Below, one piece after another: positions 1 to 8,897 of a stretch of 64,000 nt of DNA. Position 1 is the first letter of the stretch. The number at the start of each line of letters is the position of its first letter. The DNA lies in assembly GCA_035715365.1 (NCBI GenBank), contig DASTLB010000022.1, positions 336,242 through 400,241 on the forward strand, written 5' to 3'. Made by a program: the position numbers and the translations under genes. The notes under the pieces are model-generated. The model did not search any database, was not told the origin of the DNA, and saw only the letters and a program-made list of their open reading frames with translations. The stretch is from Kofleriaceae bacterium. GTDB taxonomy: Bacteria; Myxococcota_A; Polyangia; Haliangiales; Haliangiaceae.

Positions 1-759
1 GCCGACCTTGCCCTTGCGCGCCTTGAACGACTCGGTGTCGCCGGCCTTGTGACGATCGAGCTCGGGACGATCGAAGCCCTTCTGCTCGATCTTGCGCATG
101 TTATCGAACCGGCCGTACTCGACCGCGCGCTCGAGCGACGCGCGCGATGCGTCGACGCCGACGGTGCGCATCACGTGATCGAGCTCGGTCACGGTGTCCG
201 CGTGCAGCTGCTCGTAGCGCACGACGTAGAACCGCTTCGGCACGTTCCGGTTCTCGGCCCAGACGTTGTAGTACGTCAGCATCGAGTCGAGGCCGCCGAT
301 CGGATGGCGGAGGAACTCGCCGGCGGTGCCGCTGAACCGGCCGCGGCGCTTCGACGCCTCGAAGTAATACGAGATGATCGCGTCGCGCGGATCGCGGACG
401 AGCAGCACGACGTCCTTCTTCGCGAACCGGCTCTTGTCGCGCTCGATCTCCTCGGGGCGCCGCAGCTGCGGGCTCGCGTCGTGGCGGACCTCGATCCGTG
501 GCACGTGCTTGCCGAGTCGCGCGAGCTCGGTGATCCGCGCCGGGTTCGCGTCGCCGAGGCCGCGCTCCTCGACGATCGCCTTGCCCATCAGCACGGTGAG
601 CCAGGTCCGGCCGCAGCCGGGAAACGACAGCACGTAGGCGTCGGTCTGCTGGTGGCTCCACCACTGACGAACGGCCTTCGTGACTTTACGAGCTCGGGCG
701 AGGTTCGCGGGCGAGTGCTCGCCGAGCTGTTGAACAACCCATTGACGCATGCGACGCAT
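1..759 (-). CDS. Sulfotransferase, 3'-truncated at the window edge (PAPS-binding P-loop FPGCGRTWL). Paralog of the sulfotransferase at 5482-6324. Not in the ORF track because it runs off the window.
   Basis: Manual translation of the minus strand from ATG at 759-757: MRRMRQWVVQQLGEHSPANLARARKVTKAVRQWWSHQQTDAYVLSFPGCGRTWLTVLMGKA...VRDPRDAIISYYFEASKRRGRFSGTAGEFLRH... This aligns at roughly 60% identity with the 5482-6324 product. The plus-strand ORF 49-762 is its antisense. Confidence 0.75.
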   Translation of the reverse strand, partial: MRRMRQWVVQQLGEHSPANLARARKVTKAVRQWWSHQQTDAYVLSFPGCGRTWLTVLMGKAIVEERGLGDANPARITELARLGKHVPRIEVRHDASPQLRRPEEIERDKSRFAKKDVVLLVRDPRDAIISYYFEASKRRGRFSGTAGEFLRHPIGGLDSMLTYYNVWAENRNVPKRFYVVRYEQLHADTVTELDHVMRTVGVDASRASLERAVEYGRFDNMRKIEQKGFDRPELDRHKAGDTESFKARKGKVG

Positions 760-837
760 TAGATGACCTCGGCTCGTACCACGTTCATTCGAGGCTGGCC
801 GGAAAACCGGTGCCGGAAACCAGTGTAGATTGCAGCG

Positions 838-1503
838 ATGCCGCTCCTGCGCCAGCTCGGAACCCTCGTCGGGAAAGGGGCCAAATCGGTCTCGCGCCAG
901 GGGATCTATTCGTTCCTCGAGGCGCAGCTCGCGCAGCTCCAGCCCGGTGAGCGCGTCCTCTCGATCGGAGCCGGCGGCGAGATCGGCACGCGCATCATCG
1001 CCGAGCGCGCGCGCGGCGTGAACATCCTCCAGCTCGACATCGACGACAAGCGCGGCGCGGACATCGTGGCGGATCTTTGCAAGTGGCGCGCGGACGAGCC
1101 GTTCGACGCGATCATCTGCTCCGAGGTGCTCGAGCACGTCTGGGCACCGCACCTCGCGGTCGAGAACATGTTCGCGAGCCTGCGCGAGGGCGGCAAGCTG
1201 ATCCTGACCGCGCCGTTCGTGCTGCCGATCCACGCCGCGCCGAACGACTTCTTTCGCTACACGCGGCACGGCCTCGAGGTCCTGCTGCGCGACTTCAAGC
1301 AGGTCACGATCGAGGATCGCAACTCGTGGGCGGAGTCGCTCGGCGTGCTCGCGGTGCGCATGGTGCGCAAGCGCAAGACGCGCGCGCTCGAGGCGACGGT
1401 CGTGCCGTTCGTCGCCGCCGGCTATCCGCTGCTGCGCGCGGTCGGCAAGCTGTTCCCGGCGAACGAGATGCCGACCGGCTACAACGTGATCGCGATCCGC
1501 TAG
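838..1503 (+). CDS. Class I SAM-dependent methyltransferase (Methyltransf_11/25-like)
   Basis: Motif I VLSIGAGGEIG, acidic loop LQLDID, and motif post-I/II DAIICSEVLEHV. Its stop overlaps the stop of the convergent 1500-2363 gene (CTAG). Confidence 0.8.
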   Translation: MPLLRQLGTLVGKGAKSVSRQGIYSFLEAQLAQLQPGERVLSIGAGGEIGTRIIAERARGVNILQLDIDDKRGADIVADLCKWRADEPFDAIICSEVLEHVWAPHLAVENMFASLREGGKLILTAPFVLPIHAAPNDFFRYTRHGLEVLLRDFKQVTIEDRNSWAESLGVLAVRMVRKRKTRALEATVVPFVAAGYPLLRAVGKLFPANEMPTGYNVIAIR

Positions 1504-2363
1504 GCGCCGTAGCCGTAGTAGCGATTGAGCGCGCCGCCGACGAGGTTGACGATCCGCTGATCGCGCTTCGGCATCTCGCGCCGCCACTTCTCGTCGAGCC
1601 GGATCGTCGAGTCCGTGCTCTTCGCCATCCGGTTGCCGCCGAGCCCGAGCCACGTGTGATCGCGGTAGCGCAGCATCTGCGGGTCGTACGCGAGCCCCAT
1701 CAGCGAGCAGATCTGCGCGAGCGTCGCCGCCGGATCCGTGACCAGGTCCTCGTACCGCACGCGCATCCAGCGGTCGCCGAACCGCGGCTGCAGCGCCATC
1801 GCGCCGGCGTTCGACTTCAGCCACTTCGACAGTCCGTAGCGCACGACCTTGTACTTCTTCGTGTACGAATGAACGATCCCGCGCGCATCGCGCACCAAGT
1901 GGACGACGCGAAGGTCGAACAACCCCGAGCGGTCCATGAGGTAGAGCTGGTGCCACGACTTCGACGCGTCGATGATCCACGGCTTGCCGGTCACCTGCGA
2001 CAGGCACTCGAGCAGCGCCGCGCGCGGCCGGGTCCACTCGGTCACGCGCTCGCGCGACCACCGCAGGAACGTCTTCACCGACGGGTGATAGAGGTCGAGG
2101 TCGGCGAAGCGCAGGTGCGTCCGCTGCTCGAAACAGCGTGCCGCCTCCTGCCACGCGGGCTCGGCGAGCACCGGGTCGTGATCGCGGATGCAGTCCTTGA
2201 GCGCCCCGAGCTCGCTGACCGCGACGCAGTCCGGATGTCCGTTCAACAACAGGCTGAGCAGCGTCGAGCCGCAGTGCCCCGCGCCGAGGATGAACAACAC
2301 GCGCTGCCGCTCGGGGCTGGTGACCACCGAGTGCTCGTACCACACGCGTCGAGAGGGGAGCAA
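1500..2363 (-). CDS. Sulfotransferase family protein (P-loop LGAGHCGSTLL; stand-alone Sulfotransfer_3-like)
   Basis: N-terminal 5'-PSB-like loop ILGAGHCGSTLLSLLL followed by RDxRG-type region LVRDARGIVHS. The start at 2363 is TTG; a GTG start (VWYEH...) about 18 nt downstream is an alternative. Confidence 0.7.
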   Translation of the reverse strand: MLPSRRVWYEHSVVTSPERQRVLFILGAGHCGSTLLSLLLNGHPDCVAVSELGALKDCIRDHDPVLAEPAWQEAARCFEQRTHLRFADLDLYHPSVKTFLRWSRERVTEWTRPRAALLECLSQVTGKPWIIDASKSWHQLYLMDRSGLFDLRVVHLVRDARGIVHSYTKKYKVVRYGLSKWLKSNAGAMALQPRFGDRWMRVRYEDLVTDPAATLAQICSLMGLAYDPQMLRYRDHTWLGLGGNRMAKSTDSTIRLDEKWRREMPKRDQRIVNLVGGALNRYYGYGA

Positions 2364-2365
2364 CG

Positions 2366-3775
2366 ATGCTAAGTTCGCCCGCGATGATCAGGTCGCTGTC
2401 GTCGGACGATGCGCCGAGCGAGATCGACACCGACGTGTGCGTGATCGGTTCGGGCGCCGCCGGCGTCGCGGTTGCCCGCGAATTTCTCGGAACCGGCACG
2501 CGCGTCACCGTGCTCGAGAGCGGCGGTCGCAAGCCGACGCCGTCGCCGGATCCGCTGTACGACCTGCAGACCTCGCACCTCCCGATCCCGACCGACTCGC
2601 GCGTGCGCTCGTTCGGCGGCACGACGACCGTGTGGTCCGGACGCTGGAAGCGCTTCGATCCGATCGACTTCGTGCCGCGCGACTGGGTGCCGCGCTCCGG
2701 CTGGCCGATCGCGTACGACGCGCTGACGCCGTACTACGAGCGCGGCGCGCGCGCGGCGAAGGTCGACGACCGGCCGAAGCCGGGCGATGTCCCCGAGCTG
2801 CTGCGGTCGTCGATCGTCGTGCCGACGGTGTTCCACACCTTGACCGAGGCCGAGCGTGACTTCGGGATCGCGACCGGGCCGCGGTTCGAGCGCGCGACCA
2901 ACGTCGAGGTGCTGCTCGACGCGCACGTCGTCGGCTACGACACCGCGAACCGCAGCGTGTCGCGCGTGCTCGTGCGCTCGGGCGCGAGGTCGATCGGCGT
3001 CCGCGCGAAGCTCGTCGTGATCGCGACCGGTGGCATCGAGAACGCGCGCCAGCTGCTGATCGCGAACGCCGGCAACGACCACGATCAGGTCGGCCGCTAC
3101 TACATGGATCACCCGAAGGCGAAGATCGGCGTGATCGAGACCTACGAGCCGATCGACACCTCGTCGTGGAAAGGCCTCGACGAGAGCGCGCCGGTCTGGG
3201 TCGGCTTCCGGCTCGCCGACGACATCCAGCGCGAGCGCCGCATCCTCAACAGCTATGCATTCCTGGCGCCCGCGTTCGAGCGCGATCTGCCGCGCCGCAT
3301 CCTGCGCCGGCTCGTCAAGCCGAAGATCTGCCGCGTGCTCGACGTCCGCAACTACCTCGAGCAAGAGCCCGATCCCGACAACCGCGTCTACCTCGGCGGC
3401 GACAGCGATCCGCTCGGCCTGCCGAAGGCGAAGGTCGCGTGGACGATCCGCGACCAGGACCGGCGCACGATCGTCGAGCTCCATCGCCTGCTCGCACGCG
3501 AGCTGCAGAAGAACAAGGTCGGCGAGCTCCACAGCCCGTTCCTCGACGGCCGCGAGCCGCCGCCGTTCCAGGATGCCTCGCACCACATGGGCACGACGCG
3601 CATGGGCACGGACCCTCGGACGTCGGTCGTCGACACCGAGTGCCGCGTCCACACCGTCGACAACCTGTTCGTCGCCGGCAGCTCGGTGTTCCCGACGAGC
3701 GGCTACGCGAACCCGACGGCCACGCTGGTCGCGCTCGCGATCCGGCTCGCCGATCACCTGAAGACCCGCCTATGA
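2366..3775 (+). CDS. GMC-family FAD-dependent oxidoreductase (glucose-methanol-choline type)
   Basis: N-terminal FAD fold DVCVIGSGAAGVAVAREF...VLESG, central ATGGIENARQLL, and C-terminal GMC signature HHMGTTRMG...VDNLFVAGSSVFPTSG. Confidence 0.85.
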   Translation: MLSSPAMIRSLSSDDAPSEIDTDVCVIGSGAAGVAVAREFLGTGTRVTVLESGGRKPTPSPDPLYDLQTSHLPIPTDSRVRSFGGTTTVWSGRWKRFDPIDFVPRDWVPRSGWPIAYDALTPYYERGARAAKVDDRPKPGDVPELLRSSIVVPTVFHTLTEAERDFGIATGPRFERATNVEVLLDAHVVGYDTANRSVSRVLVRSGARSIGVRAKLVVIATGGIENARQLLIANAGNDHDQVGRYYMDHPKAKIGVIETYEPIDTSSWKGLDESAPVWVGFRLADDIQRERRILNSYAFLAPAFERDLPRRILRRLVKPKICRVLDVRNYLEQEPDPDNRVYLGGDSDPLGLPKAKVAWTIRDQDRRTIVELHRLLARELQKNKVGELHSPFLDGREPPPFQDASHHMGTTRMGTDPRTSVVDTECRVHTVDNLFVAGSSVFPTSGYANPTATLVALAIRLADHLKTRL

Positions 3776-4788
3776 ACAACGTGCTCGTCATCGGCGCCGG
3801 CAAGCGCACGCTCGGCGCGGTGCTGCCCGCGCTGCACTGCATGCCGGATCGGTTCCGGGTCGCCGGCGTCGTCGCGCGCAGCGTCAAGCAGGTCTCGTAC
3901 GGCCTCGGCACCGTGACCACGCGCGACTCGCTCGACGGCATCGACTGGAAGGCGATCGACCTCGTCATCACCGCGGTCTCGATCAGCCAGGTGCCGCGGA
4001 TGCTCGCGAGCCTCGCGCGCCGCGACGTCGGCCACGCGGTGCTGCTGCACGACACGCCGGTGCTGCCGCCGTCGGGGCTGCCGGCCGCGCGCCACTTCGC
4101 CGCGTTTCGCCGCGCGTACATCTCCGAGGACAACATCGCGCTGCCGCCGCTGCTGCTCGCGAAGCAGCTGATCGACGACGGCGCGATCGGCCAGCTGAAG
4201 AAGATCTACTTCTTCCACAACGGCTACAAGCACCACGCGCTCGCGAGCCTCAAGCTCCTGACCGGCTCGACGATCGAGCGCATCGTCAGCCGCAAGTTCG
4301 CCGGCAAGCTGCGCCAGAAGACGATCGACTTCGCGAGCGGCGTCACCGCGCTGATGTACGAGCCGCGCGACTACGCCACCGGCCGGTTCCTGATCGAAGG
4401 CGACCGCGGCGCGATCGCGGACTACGACTACGCGAACGGCTCGGTGCGCCGCATCGGCTACGTCGTCGACGGCGACGTCTACCGCGGGCTGACGCTCGAC
4501 GGTGCGCCGGTGCCGCCGGCCGGCCTCGACGCCGACTACCTCGCGCGGATCGGCCCCGGGATCCCCGAGGCCTCGCCGATGAACACGATGAAGCTGCGCG
4601 GGCTGATGGATCTGATCGTCGGTGCGCTCGATGATCGGTCGCCGTTTCACTACACGCCCGAGGACGGCATCGCCGATCACCTCGCGATCCGGATCGTCGA
4701 TCGCGTCGGCTACGTGCCGGCGCAGCGCACGCTCGCGCGGCTCGTGCCGCTCGCGAAGCGCGTGCCGTTCGTGCAGCGCGCCCTATGA
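3772..4788 (+). CDS. Gfo/Idh/MocA-family NAD(P)-dependent oxidoreductase (sugar dehydrogenase-like)
   Basis: Start ATG at 3772 overlaps the GMC stop (ATGA). N-terminal Rossmann VLVIGAGKRTLGAVLPAL. The six-frame ORF 3166-4788 carries an R-rich spurious N-terminal extension. Confidence 0.7.
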   Translation: MNNVLVIGAGKRTLGAVLPALHCMPDRFRVAGVVARSVKQVSYGLGTVTTRDSLDGIDWKAIDLVITAVSISQVPRMLASLARRDVGHAVLLHDTPVLPPSGLPAARHFAAFRRAYISEDNIALPPLLLAKQLIDDGAIGQLKKIYFFHNGYKHHALASLKLLTGSTIERIVSRKFAGKLRQKTIDFASGVTALMYEPRDYATGRFLIEGDRGAIADYDYANGSVRRIGYVVDGDVYRGLTLDGAPVPPAGLDADYLARIGPGIPEASPMNTMKLRGLMDLIVGALDDRSPFHYTPEDGIADHLAIRIVDRVGYVPAQRTLARLVPLAKRVPFVQRAL

Positions 4789-5120
4789 ACGTCGACGAGC
4801 TCGTCACGCCGACCCTGGACCGGATGCGGTCCCGACGGAATCCGCTGATGCCGGACCGCACGTTCAAGGATCTGTTCGCCTTCATTCTGGGCCTGCTGGA
4901 AGGACTCCAGCTGACGCAACATGACGTTGCTAGCTCGCAACTCAATCGCTTCATCTGCGAGCTCGATTCGATCAAGTTTCCCCACAACTGGAAGCACGTC
5001 CTGTCTCGGCGGGCTGTCGCGGACAACGAAGCCGCGATTGCACAGTTCTTCTCGCTCTGGGAGAGCTATCGCGATACCCAGCAGGTGCCAGCCGTGCCAA
5101 GTCTGGACGACGCCGTCTAG
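4785..5120 (+). CDS. Hypothetical small protein (111 aa), coupled by ATGA overlap to the upstream oxidoreductase; markedly lower GC than neighbours
   Basis: ORF with ATG at 4785 overlapping the TGA of 3772-4788. Composition is AT-richer than the flanks. No recognisable motif. Confidence 0.35.
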   Translation: MNVDELVTPTLDRMRSRRNPLMPDRTFKDLFAFILGLLEGLQLTQHDVASSQLNRFICELDSIKFPHNWKHVLSRRAVADNEAAIAQFFSLWESYRDTQQVPAVPSLDDAV

Positions 5121-5485
5121 TCGGCCGAGATATTGCCCGCGAGCTGCCAGATCGGCCGGTAGCCGAAGTACACGGTGAACACGAGCGCCGCGACGATCGC
5201 GCCAATCGCCGCGAGGTAAATCCACAGCGGACCCGGTCGCTTCACGACGAGCCACGCGACCACGGCCGCACCGACGGTCGGCACGCCGATCAGCCACGGC
5301 GGGCGGATCGCGAAGATCGTCGCGTGCGAGATCTGCGCGTGCGGGCCCATCTCGCGATACATCGCCTCGAAGCCCGAGAACCACCACGACACGAGGCCGT
5401 GCACGGCGACGAGCAGCGCGAGCGCGCCGGTGAGCATGCCGCGGCCGAAGCCGGAGGTGTCGTCGGGTGGTGGCGGCGCCGTCAT
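5117..5485 (-). CDS. Small integral membrane protein (122 aa, about 3 TM helices), last gene of the minus-strand glycan operon
   Basis: C-terminal portion of six-frame ORF 5117-6256: MTAPPPPDDTSGFGRGMLTGALALLVAVHGLVSWWF...AAIGAIVAALVFTVYFGY. Start ATG at 5485-5483 overlaps the upstream stop (ATGA). Confidence 0.5.
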   Translation of the reverse strand: MTAPPPPDDTSGFGRGMLTGALALLVAVHGLVSWWFSGFEAMYREMGPHAQISHATIFAIRPPWLIGVPTVGAAVVAWLVVKRPGPLWIYLAAIGAIVAALVFTVYFGYRPIWQLAGNISAD

Positions 5486-6324
5486 CGCGGCGGCAGGTAC
5501 TCGGCGTAGAACGGCGACAGCGTCGACGCGATGCGCTCGTTCAGGTAGGCGATCTCGTCGGGCGACAGGTACTCGCGGAAGCCGCCGACCTTGCCCTTGC
5601 GCGTCTTGAACGACTCGGTGTCCGCGGCGTCTCCTGGCTTGAGGCGCGCGGCGGCGTCCTTCGCGGCCTGGGCCTCGAGCTTGCGCATGTTGTCGAATCG
5701 CGAGAACTCGACCGCGGCCTCGACGACCGCGCGCGGCGGGACGGTGCCAACGACGCGCAGGCAGCGCTCGACCTCGGTGACCGGATCCTTGTGGAGGTCC
5801 TCGTAGCGGACGAGCGTGAACGACCGCGGGATCGTGCGCGCCTCGGCCCACACGTTGTAGTAGGCGATGATCGTGTCGAGCGAGCCGACGTCGTGGCGCA
5901 GGAACTCGCCGGGCGTGCCGTGGAAGCGATCGCGACGGCGCGACGCCTGGAAGTAGTAGGAGATCATCGTGTCGCGCGGATCGCGGACGAGGAAGATGAT
6001 GTCCTTGCCGGCGTAGTGCGTCTTGTCGCGCTCGACCTCGTCGGGGCGCTTGAGCTGCGGATTGTCGTCGTGGGTGACGCGCATCCGCGGCAGCTGCTTC
6101 GCGTGCTGGTAGAAGCGCGCGAGGTCCATCGGGTCGATGTCGAGGTGGAGCTCGTCGGCGAGCGCCTTGCCCATCATCAGGCGCAGCCAGGTGCGGCCGG
6201 TCTTCGGGAACGAGAGTAGATACAGCGACGTGCGCTGGTGCGTGTACCAGCTCCACGCGCGCTTGCCGACGTCGGTCTCGCGGACGTACTTGCGCAGGTT
6301 CGACGGCAGTGCGGTGAGGTTCAT
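5482..6324 (-). CDS. Sulfotransferase (PAPS-dependent; P-loop SFPKTGRTWL, 3'-PB motif VRDPRDTMISYYF)
   Basis: Six-frame ORF 5482-6915 has an R-rich spurious N-terminus. The true start MNLTALP... (ATG 6324-6322) overlaps the TGA of the upstream dehydrogenase (ATGA). It shows sulfotransferase 5'-PSB and 3'-PB signatures. Confidence 0.8.
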   Translation of the reverse strand: MNLTALPSNLRKYVRETDVGKRAWSWYTHQRTSLYLLSFPKTGRTWLRLMMGKALADELHLDIDPMDLARFYQHAKQLPRMRVTHDDNPQLKRPDEVERDKTHYAGKDIIFLVRDPRDTMISYYFQASRRRDRFHGTPGEFLRHDVGSLDTIIAYYNVWAEARTIPRSFTLVRYEDLHKDPVTEVERCLRVVGTVPPRAVVEAAVEFSRFDNMRKLEAQAAKDAAARLKPGDAADTESFKTRKGKVGGFREYLSPDEIAYLNERIASTLSPFYAEYLPPR

Positions 6325-7313
6325 GCGTTCACTCGATTCCATGCCGGCTCGCCGCGCAGGATGCGGAGCGCTTCCTCGGCGGCCTTCTTGCGCATCTCGG
6401 CCATCGCCTCGAGCGAGTAGAACGCGGCGTGCGGCGTGATCACGAGCCGGTCCTGCGCCTCGGGGTGGTTCGCGAGCCACTTCGCGAGCAGCGGGTCGTC
6501 TGGATCGAGCGGCTCGGACGGCAGCACGTCGAAGCCGCCGGATGCGACGACGCCGGCGTCGAACGCCTCGCGGAATGCCGGCCAGTCGACGACCGGGCCG
6601 CGCGCGGTGTTGATCAGGACCATGCCGCGCTTCGCGGCCGCGAAGAACCGCTTGCCGATCAGGCCGCGCGTCTCGGACGTGAGCGGCGTGTGCAGGCTGA
6701 CGACGTCGCAGCTCGCCGCGAGCTCGTCGAGCGAGTGGTAGCGCGCGAGGCCGAGCGCCTTGTCCCAGCCCGCCGGGCGGTACGGATCGTAGAACCCGAC
6801 CTGCATGCCGAACGCCTTCGCGCGCAGCGCGGTCGCTGCGCCGATCCGCCCGAGCCCGACGATGCCGAGCTTCTTCTCGGTCAGCCGGAACGTGTGCGTC
6901 ACGCCCCACCGCCACTGCGCGGGGCCCGAGCGCACGGCGCGATCGTGACCCGACAGGCCGCGCGCGAGCGCGAGCAGCAGCGCCATGGCGTGATCGGCGA
7001 CGTCGTGCGTCCCGTAGTCGGGGACGTTCGCGACGACGATGTCACGCTTGCGGGCGGCCTCGAGATCGACGTTGTCGAACCCGACGCCGACCCGCACGAT
7101 CGCCTTGCACTTCGGCATCGCGGCGATCGTCGCGGCGTCCCACTTGAGGTCGTGCCACGCGAGGATCGCGTCCGCGTCCTCGATCTTCCCGGCGAGCTCG
7201 GCGTTCGTCTTCGCCTGCAGCAGCGTGACGCGCGCGAGCGTGCCGAACACGGCTTCTTCGATGTCGGCGGGCGGTGCGAGCCGGTCGGGAACGATGACGT
7301 GCCATTCAGCCAT
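6321..7313 (-). CDS. D-isomer-specific 2-hydroxyacid dehydrogenase family (glycerate/phosphoglycerate/4-phosphoerythronate dehydrogenase-like)
   Basis: NAD-binding GIVGLGRIGAATALRAKAFGMQV, catalytic region LINTARGPVVD, and HAAF near the C-terminus. ATG at 7313 lies in an 8-nt overlap with the FAH gene stop. Confidence 0.85.
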   Translation of the reverse strand: MAEWHVIVPDRLAPPADIEEAVFGTLARVTLLQAKTNAELAGKIEDADAILAWHDLKWDAATIAAMPKCKAIVRVGVGFDNVDLEAARKRDIVVANVPDYGTHDVADHAMALLLALARGLSGHDRAVRSGPAQWRWGVTHTFRLTEKKLGIVGLGRIGAATALRAKAFGMQVGFYDPYRPAGWDKALGLARYHSLDELAASCDVVSLHTPLTSETRGLIGKRFFAAAKRGMVLINTARGPVVDWPAFREAFDAGVVASGGFDVLPSEPLDPDDPLLAKWLANHPEAQDRLVITPHAAFYSLEAMAEMRKKAAEEALRILRGEPAWNRVNA

Positions 7314-8163
7314 CGCGAGACTCCTCTGCCACGTGATTGACGAGCGTGCCGATGCCCTCGATGACCATCTCGATTCGATCGCCGGGCTTCACGATCGACT
7401 GCCGCGCGCCGACCGGGGTGCCGGTCAGGATCGCGTCGCCGGGCTCGAGCGTCATGATCCGCGACGCGAGCGCGACCGCCTCGTAGGTGTCGAGCACGCG
7501 GTCGCCGGTCATCGCGTCCTGCGTCGTGCGATCGTTGATCTTCGTCGACACGCGCACGTTCGTGTCGTCGAGGCCGGTCACGAGCTCGGGGCCGAGCGGG
7601 CAGAAGCCGTCGAGGCTCTTGCTGCGCGCGAGGTGCCAGTCGCGGCCGAGGATGTTGAGCGCGGTGACGTCGTTACCGATCGTGATCCCGGCGACCACGT
7701 CGCGCGCGGCCGCGGCATCGCGCAGGTGGCGCGCACGCCGGCCGATGATCGCGGTGACCTCGACCTCGATCCACACCTCGGAAGCGGGCGGGACGTGGAT
7801 CGTGCCGCCGGGATGCGTGACGCAGTTCGGGCCCTTCAGGAACACGAGCGGCTCGAACCCGACGTCTGTGTAGTGCGCCTCGCTCTTCTTCGCGAGCGCC
7901 GCGGGGTCACCGAACAGCGACTTGTAGTTGTACGCGAGCGCGAGGATCTTCGTCGGCTCCGCCGGCGCGAGCAGCTCGACGTCCGCGAACCGGACGGTCT
8001 CGCCGGTGCGTTGCGTGCTCACCCACGGCGCCGCCGCGATCACGTGGATCGTGTCGGCCTCGCGAATGCCCCACGCCGGGCCGGCCGGAGGCGAAAGCGT
8101 CCGGCCACCCGGCACATCCGGACGATGACCGCGCGCGCCGCGAAATCGGACGTAGCGCGTCAC
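7306..8163 (-). CDS. Fumarylacetoacetate hydrolase (FAH) family protein (2-keto-acid hydratase/decarboxylase-type)
   Basis: FAH-fold motifs KILALAYNYKS, GFEPLVFLKGPN and TGTPVGA...PGDRIEMVIEGIG. GTG start at 8163 overlaps the upstream TGA (GTGA). Confidence 0.8.
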   Translation of the reverse strand: MTRYVRFRGARGHRPDVPGGRTLSPPAGPAWGIREADTIHVIAAAPWVSTQRTGETVRFADVELLAPAEPTKILALAYNYKSLFGDPAALAKKSEAHYTDVGFEPLVFLKGPNCVTHPGGTIHVPPASEVWIEVEVTAIIGRRARHLRDAAAARDVVAGITIGNDVTALNILGRDWHLARSKSLDGFCPLGPELVTGLDDTNVRVSTKINDRTTQDAMTGDRVLDTYEAVALASRIMTLEPGDAILTGTPVGARQSIVKPGDRIEMVIEGIGTLVNHVAEESRDG

Positions 8164-8897
8164 TGCTTGTCGTACGGCGTCGACGACTCGGTGAAGCCGG
8201 CGTTACGCAGGAAGTACTCGACCATCGGGAACTGCCACTCGAAGTCGACGTCGCAGCCGCCTTCCTGGTGCAGCGGGTGCACGGTCTTGCCGATCCAGCG
8301 GAACGGGATCTCGCCGCGCGAGTAGTCGAAGCAGTGCGGGCGCAGCACGAACACCGAGCAGTCGACGAAGTACGTGTCGCCCTGGCTGTCGCGATCGCAG
8401 GTCGCGCCCGCGAACGTCTCGGGATCGATGAACGGCTTGACGAGCCCGCCCTCGATCCGGCGAGCGCGCAGCGCGCTGAACATGTTGTACTTGCTGACCG
8501 AGACGGCGGAGTCGTACTCCGGGTGCTCGCGCAGCCACTTGACGCCCTCGTCGATGATGCCGGGCGTGATCGTCGCGCCGTTCGCGAATAACAGCACGAC
8601 GAACTCGATGGGTTCTTTCGCCTGGGCCACGATCTGCTCGTAGCCGTGCTTGAACGCGTCCTCGGCGAGCGCCTCGTTCGTCGCGAGGAACGCCGGGCGC
8701 TCGATGTACGTGCAACCCTGTTGCAACGCGATCTCGCGGATCGCCTCGCTGTCCGTCGAGACGAACACGTGGCTCACGGCCTTCGCATGCTTCGCCGCGA
8801 GGATCGGATACAGCGCGAGCGGACGTCCGAGGATCGGACGCACGTTCTTGTCCTTCACGCGGCTGCCTTTACGACCGATGATCAAAGTCGGGATCAC
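8160..8897 (-). CDS. Acylneuraminate/3-deoxy-manno-octulosonate-type cytidylyltransferase (CTP_transf_3, NeuA/KdsB family): CMP-sugar-acid synthetase
   Basis: Real start is GTG at 8897 (VIPTLIIGRKGSRVKDKNVRPILGRPLALYPI = the IPARxxSxRxPxKNxxxLxGKPLI signature) with an AGGAG RBS 7 nt upstream. The longer track ORF 8160-9137 has a spurious R-rich N-terminus. The GTG overlaps the HAD gene stop (GTGA). Confidence 0.75.
   Translation of the reverse strand: MIPTLIIGRKGSRVKDKNVRPILGRPLALYPILAAKHAKAVSHVFVSTDSEAIREIALQQGCTYIERPAFLATNEALAEDAFKHGYEQIVAQAKEPIEFVVLLFANGATITPGIIDEGVKWLREHPEYDSAVSVSKYNMFSALRARRIEGGLVKPFIDPETFAGATCDRDSQGDTYFVDCSVFVLRPHCFDYSRGEIPFRWIGKTVHPLHQEGGCDVDFEWQFPMVEYFLRNAGFTESSTPYDKQ

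Noticed and set aside
1077-2372. 431-aa plus-strand ORF rich in Arg/Ala/Gly
   Set aside because: Antisense to the clearly motif-bearing sulfotransferase (1500-2363) and overlapping the methyltransferase in another frame. Low-complexity R/A/G composition is typical of spurious ORFs in about 70% GC DNA. The same reasoning applies to 101-664, 147-335, 2369-3757, 3315-4136, 3754-4680, 4343-5026, 5467-6219, 6429-7340, 7039-8325 and similar.
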